64,000 nt of DNA from an uncultured Chloroflexota bacterium (GTDB lineage: Bacteria > Chloroflexota > UBA11872), in the NCBI GenBank assembly GCA_964422795.1, contig CAYRCL010000034.1, forward strand, positions 3,499 to 67,498, in the 5' to 3' direction. The number at the start of each line of letters is the position of its first letter. Within the stretch, counting starts at the first letter, position 1. The notes beneath the pieces are model-generated. The model was not told the DNA's origin, did not search any database, and worked only from the letters and a program-made list of their open reading frames with translations. Position numbers and translations under genes: made by a program. Of this stretch, positions 61,831 to 64,000 are shown in pieces.

Positions 61831-63387
61831 TCACAAACGCCGCCATCGAAAACCATCGGAACGCAGTAAGTCACCCGCCAATCGTGGCCCCCACCGCCCA
61901 GCCTCGTAAGTTGCGACCTCGGGTGCATCGCGATTCCCCCATGCCTCCAGAATCGGCATCACCGCCTGCCAAGCGGACTCAGCCTCATCACGTCGAATGA
62001 ATAGTGTCTGATCACCCAACATGATGTCCAGAAGCAATCGCTCATACGCGTCAGATGACTCCTCCTCAAAATTCCCTCCGTATCCGAACTCCATTCGGAC
62101 CGGTTGAACACGCATCGCTGGACCCGGTCGCTTAGCCTCGTACGTTATTGAAATACCCTCATCCGGCTGTATTCGCATCGCAAGCACATTGGGAGGGATT
62201 CCACTTGGATTTGATTCACCAAAAAGTAAATGGGGCACCGCATTGAATTGGATTGCGATCTCAGTTGCACGCTTAGCCAAACGCTTGCCACTCCGTACGT
62301 AAAAGGGCACATCTTTCCAGCGCCAGTTATCAATGAATAAACGCGCGGCCACGTATGTCTCCGTTTCCGAATCAGCTTTAACACCAGGTTCGTCTCGGTA
62401 AGCACGAACCTCTTTCCCCTCAACAACACCGGCACCATAGGACGCACGAACAACATGCTGGGCAACGTCGGACGGATCGAACTTCCTGAGAGATCGAAGA
62501 ACCTTCATCTTTTCGTCACGGATGGAGTCAGCTTGAAAATCAATAGGTGGCTCCATCGCAACCAATGCCAAAAGCTGCATGATGTGGCTCTGAACCATGT
62601 CACGCAATGCACCAGCCTCTTCATAGTAAGTGCCACGTCCTTCTAGCCCTACCGATTCAGCCACCGTAATCTGCACCGAATCGACATAGCTCCGATTCCA
62701 CACAGGCTCGAAGATCACGTTCGCAAAACGCATGACGAGCACGTTTTGCACGGTCTCTTTCCCGAGGTAGTGATCTATTCGATATATCTGTGATTCATCG
62801 AAAACACCGCTGGCAATGCCGTTAAGCGAACTAGCTGTCTCAAGATCGCGCCCGAACGGCTTCTCAATAACAATCCGAGTTATACCTGAACCGCGATTGA
62901 GCCCAGACTGTCCAATCAAGCGAATAATTTCAGGAAACAGGCTCGGTTGAGTTGCCAGATAAAAAACTCGATTGCCCACGGTGCCGTGTCGTTCTTCAAT
63001 ATCAGCAAGCTCAACCTTGAGATCGTCGTACCCGCCCTGGGACCCAAAATCACCCCGCACGTAATACAAGCATTTCTTGAATTCGTGCCATATATCTAAT
63101 TCGGGAGGACCTGTGCGAGAGAACTTACAAACCGCGTCATACAAGCGGTTCCGATAGCTCTCGTTGTTCATCTCACGACGTCCCAGACCAACCACGGCAA
63201 GGCCCTCAGGAAGAAGCGAGTCACGACCAAGGTTATAGAGCGCTGGAATAAGCTTGCGTGCCGCGAGATCACCAGACCCGCCAAAAATAATTAGGGTCTG
63301 GTTTATCGGAACAGCCTGATTGTCCACACCCCGTAACAATGGATCGATGGGTTGCTCCCCGGCAGACACCTCGTCGACCCCATTCAC
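61831..63387 (-). CDS. zwf: Glucose-6-phosphate 1-dehydrogenase
   Basis: IFGGSGDLA, IEKPFG, YRIDHYLGKE, NWRWKDVPFYVRSGK and AYERLL; start approximate. Confidence 0.97.
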   Translation of the reverse strand: MNGVDEVSAGEQPIDPLLRGVDNQAVPINQTLIIFGGSGDLAARKLIPALYNLGRDSLLPEGLAVVGLGRREMNNESYRNRLYDAVCKFSRTGPPELDIWHEFKKCLYYVRGDFGSQGGYDDLKVELADIEERHGTVGNRVFYLATQPSLFPEIIRLIGQSGLNRGSGITRIVIEKPFGRDLETASSLNGIASGVFDESQIYRIDHYLGKETVQNVLVMRFANVIFEPVWNRSYVDSVQITVAESVGLEGRGTYYEEAGALRDMVQSHIMQLLALVAMEPPIDFQADSIRDEKMKVLRSLRKFDPSDVAQHVVRASYGAGVVEGKEVRAYRDEPGVKADSETETYVAARLFIDNWRWKDVPFYVRSGKRLAKRATEIAIQFNAVPHLLFGESNPSGIPPNVLAMRIQPDEGISITYEAKRPGPAMRVQPVRMEFGYGGNFEEESSDAYERLLLDIMLGDQTLFIRRDEAESAWQAVMPILEAWGNRDAPEVATYEAGRWGPRLAGDLLRSDGFRWRRL

Positions 63388-63394
63388 GAAATGC

Positions 63395-64000
63395 TCATTG
63401 GGCAACAAGGCATCTAAGGTCAAACGCCGCACGGACTGCGCGTTCGATGGTAACAAGACCTTTCGTAGGACTCTCCATATGTAATCGCAGATACCGGCGA
63501 TTCTTGCAAACTAACGATTCGAGATCACCCGCCGCCTGTGCATCCACCAAATTTCCCAAACTGAAGCTTGCTGTAGGAATCTGGACATCTCCTTTATGGT
63601 CTGAGGTGATTTGAAGAAAAACACCTGTGGCCGGCCCACCCTTGTGGAGCTGCCCTGCCGAATGCAAGAACCGCGGTCCGTATCCCAAAGTCACCGCACA
63701 ACGCGTGTGATCGCGCAAGAGCTTCTGAATTGAGCGCAGCAAAGACTCATTCGATGCGACTCGATCGACATAGGCATGAATGGACACATAGTCGTGATCA
63801 GCGACCAAATCCAGCCAATGCGCGATCGCACTAGACAAATCGGGTGCTGCGCTGCCCGTCGCTATCACTCCATCTTCACATGGACCCGTTGGAACCGGCG
63901 GAAACCGGCCCGCAGCCTTGGCTTCGTCCAGGACACGACGGGTGTTTATTTTACTTTCGGACACATCCGGCTCATCAAATGGATTTATGTTGAGTCCATA
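63395..64000 (-). CDS. Glucose-6-phosphate isomerase domain, probably of a bifunctional transaldolase/PGI (5' end outside the window)
   Basis: INPFDEPDVSESK, GYGPRFLHSAGQLHKGGP and AQAAGD; upstream of zwf. Confidence 0.85.
   Translation of the reverse strand, partial: YGLNINPFDEPDVSESKINTRRVLDEAKAAGRFPPVPTGPCEDGVIATGSAAPDLSSAIAHWLDLVADHDYVSIHAYVDRVASNESLLRSIQKLLRDHTRCAVTLGYGPRFLHSAGQLHKGGPATGVFLQITSDHKGDVQIPTASFSLGNLVDAQAAGDLESLVCKNRRYLRLHMESPTKGLVTIERAVRAAFDLRCLVAQ

Overview
This 64 kb window is largely core chromosome from a bacterium that is most likely Chloroflexota. That call is inferred from the RpoC N-terminus and its long coiled-coil insertion, plus membrane and hypothetical proteins I associate with that phylum. 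From left to right: rpoC (partial) and rpoB; grpE-dnaJ-prmA-HIT; a 12 kb glycan locus (rfbD, five glycosyltransferases, a Wzy_C/ligase-like protein and a priming sugar transferase) ending in a large NHL-repeat lipoprotein; miaB and a SPOR/beta-propeller lipoprotein; YkgJ, Eis-like GNAT and creatininase genes; a lon-dnaK-grpE-cbpA-hspR-clpC heat-shock operon with a HAIR-like operator over an apparently leaderless promoter; and a shikimate operon (aroF-aroA-aroE-aroC-aroK-aroB). The rest holds a membrane-anchored gamma-carbonic-anhydrase fusion, an enolase-superfamily enzyme, lysA, murT-gatD-Rieske-HIT, tRNA-Pro(CGG), a stop-interrupted amidohydrolase, trxB, a solute-binding lipoprotein, lgt, a ChlI/ChlD-type chelatase subunit, an oxidoreductase, zwf and a partial tal-pgi. 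I saw no CRISPR array, IS element or prophage. The strongest unexplained signals are: (1) an unannotated Tyr/Phe leader-peptide attenuator upstream of the aro operon; (2) the membrane/gamma-CA fusion; (3) a possible protein-glycosylation locus with its own substrate; (4) several single-base lesions at conserved sites that could each be a G-to-A change. No searches or folding computations were run.
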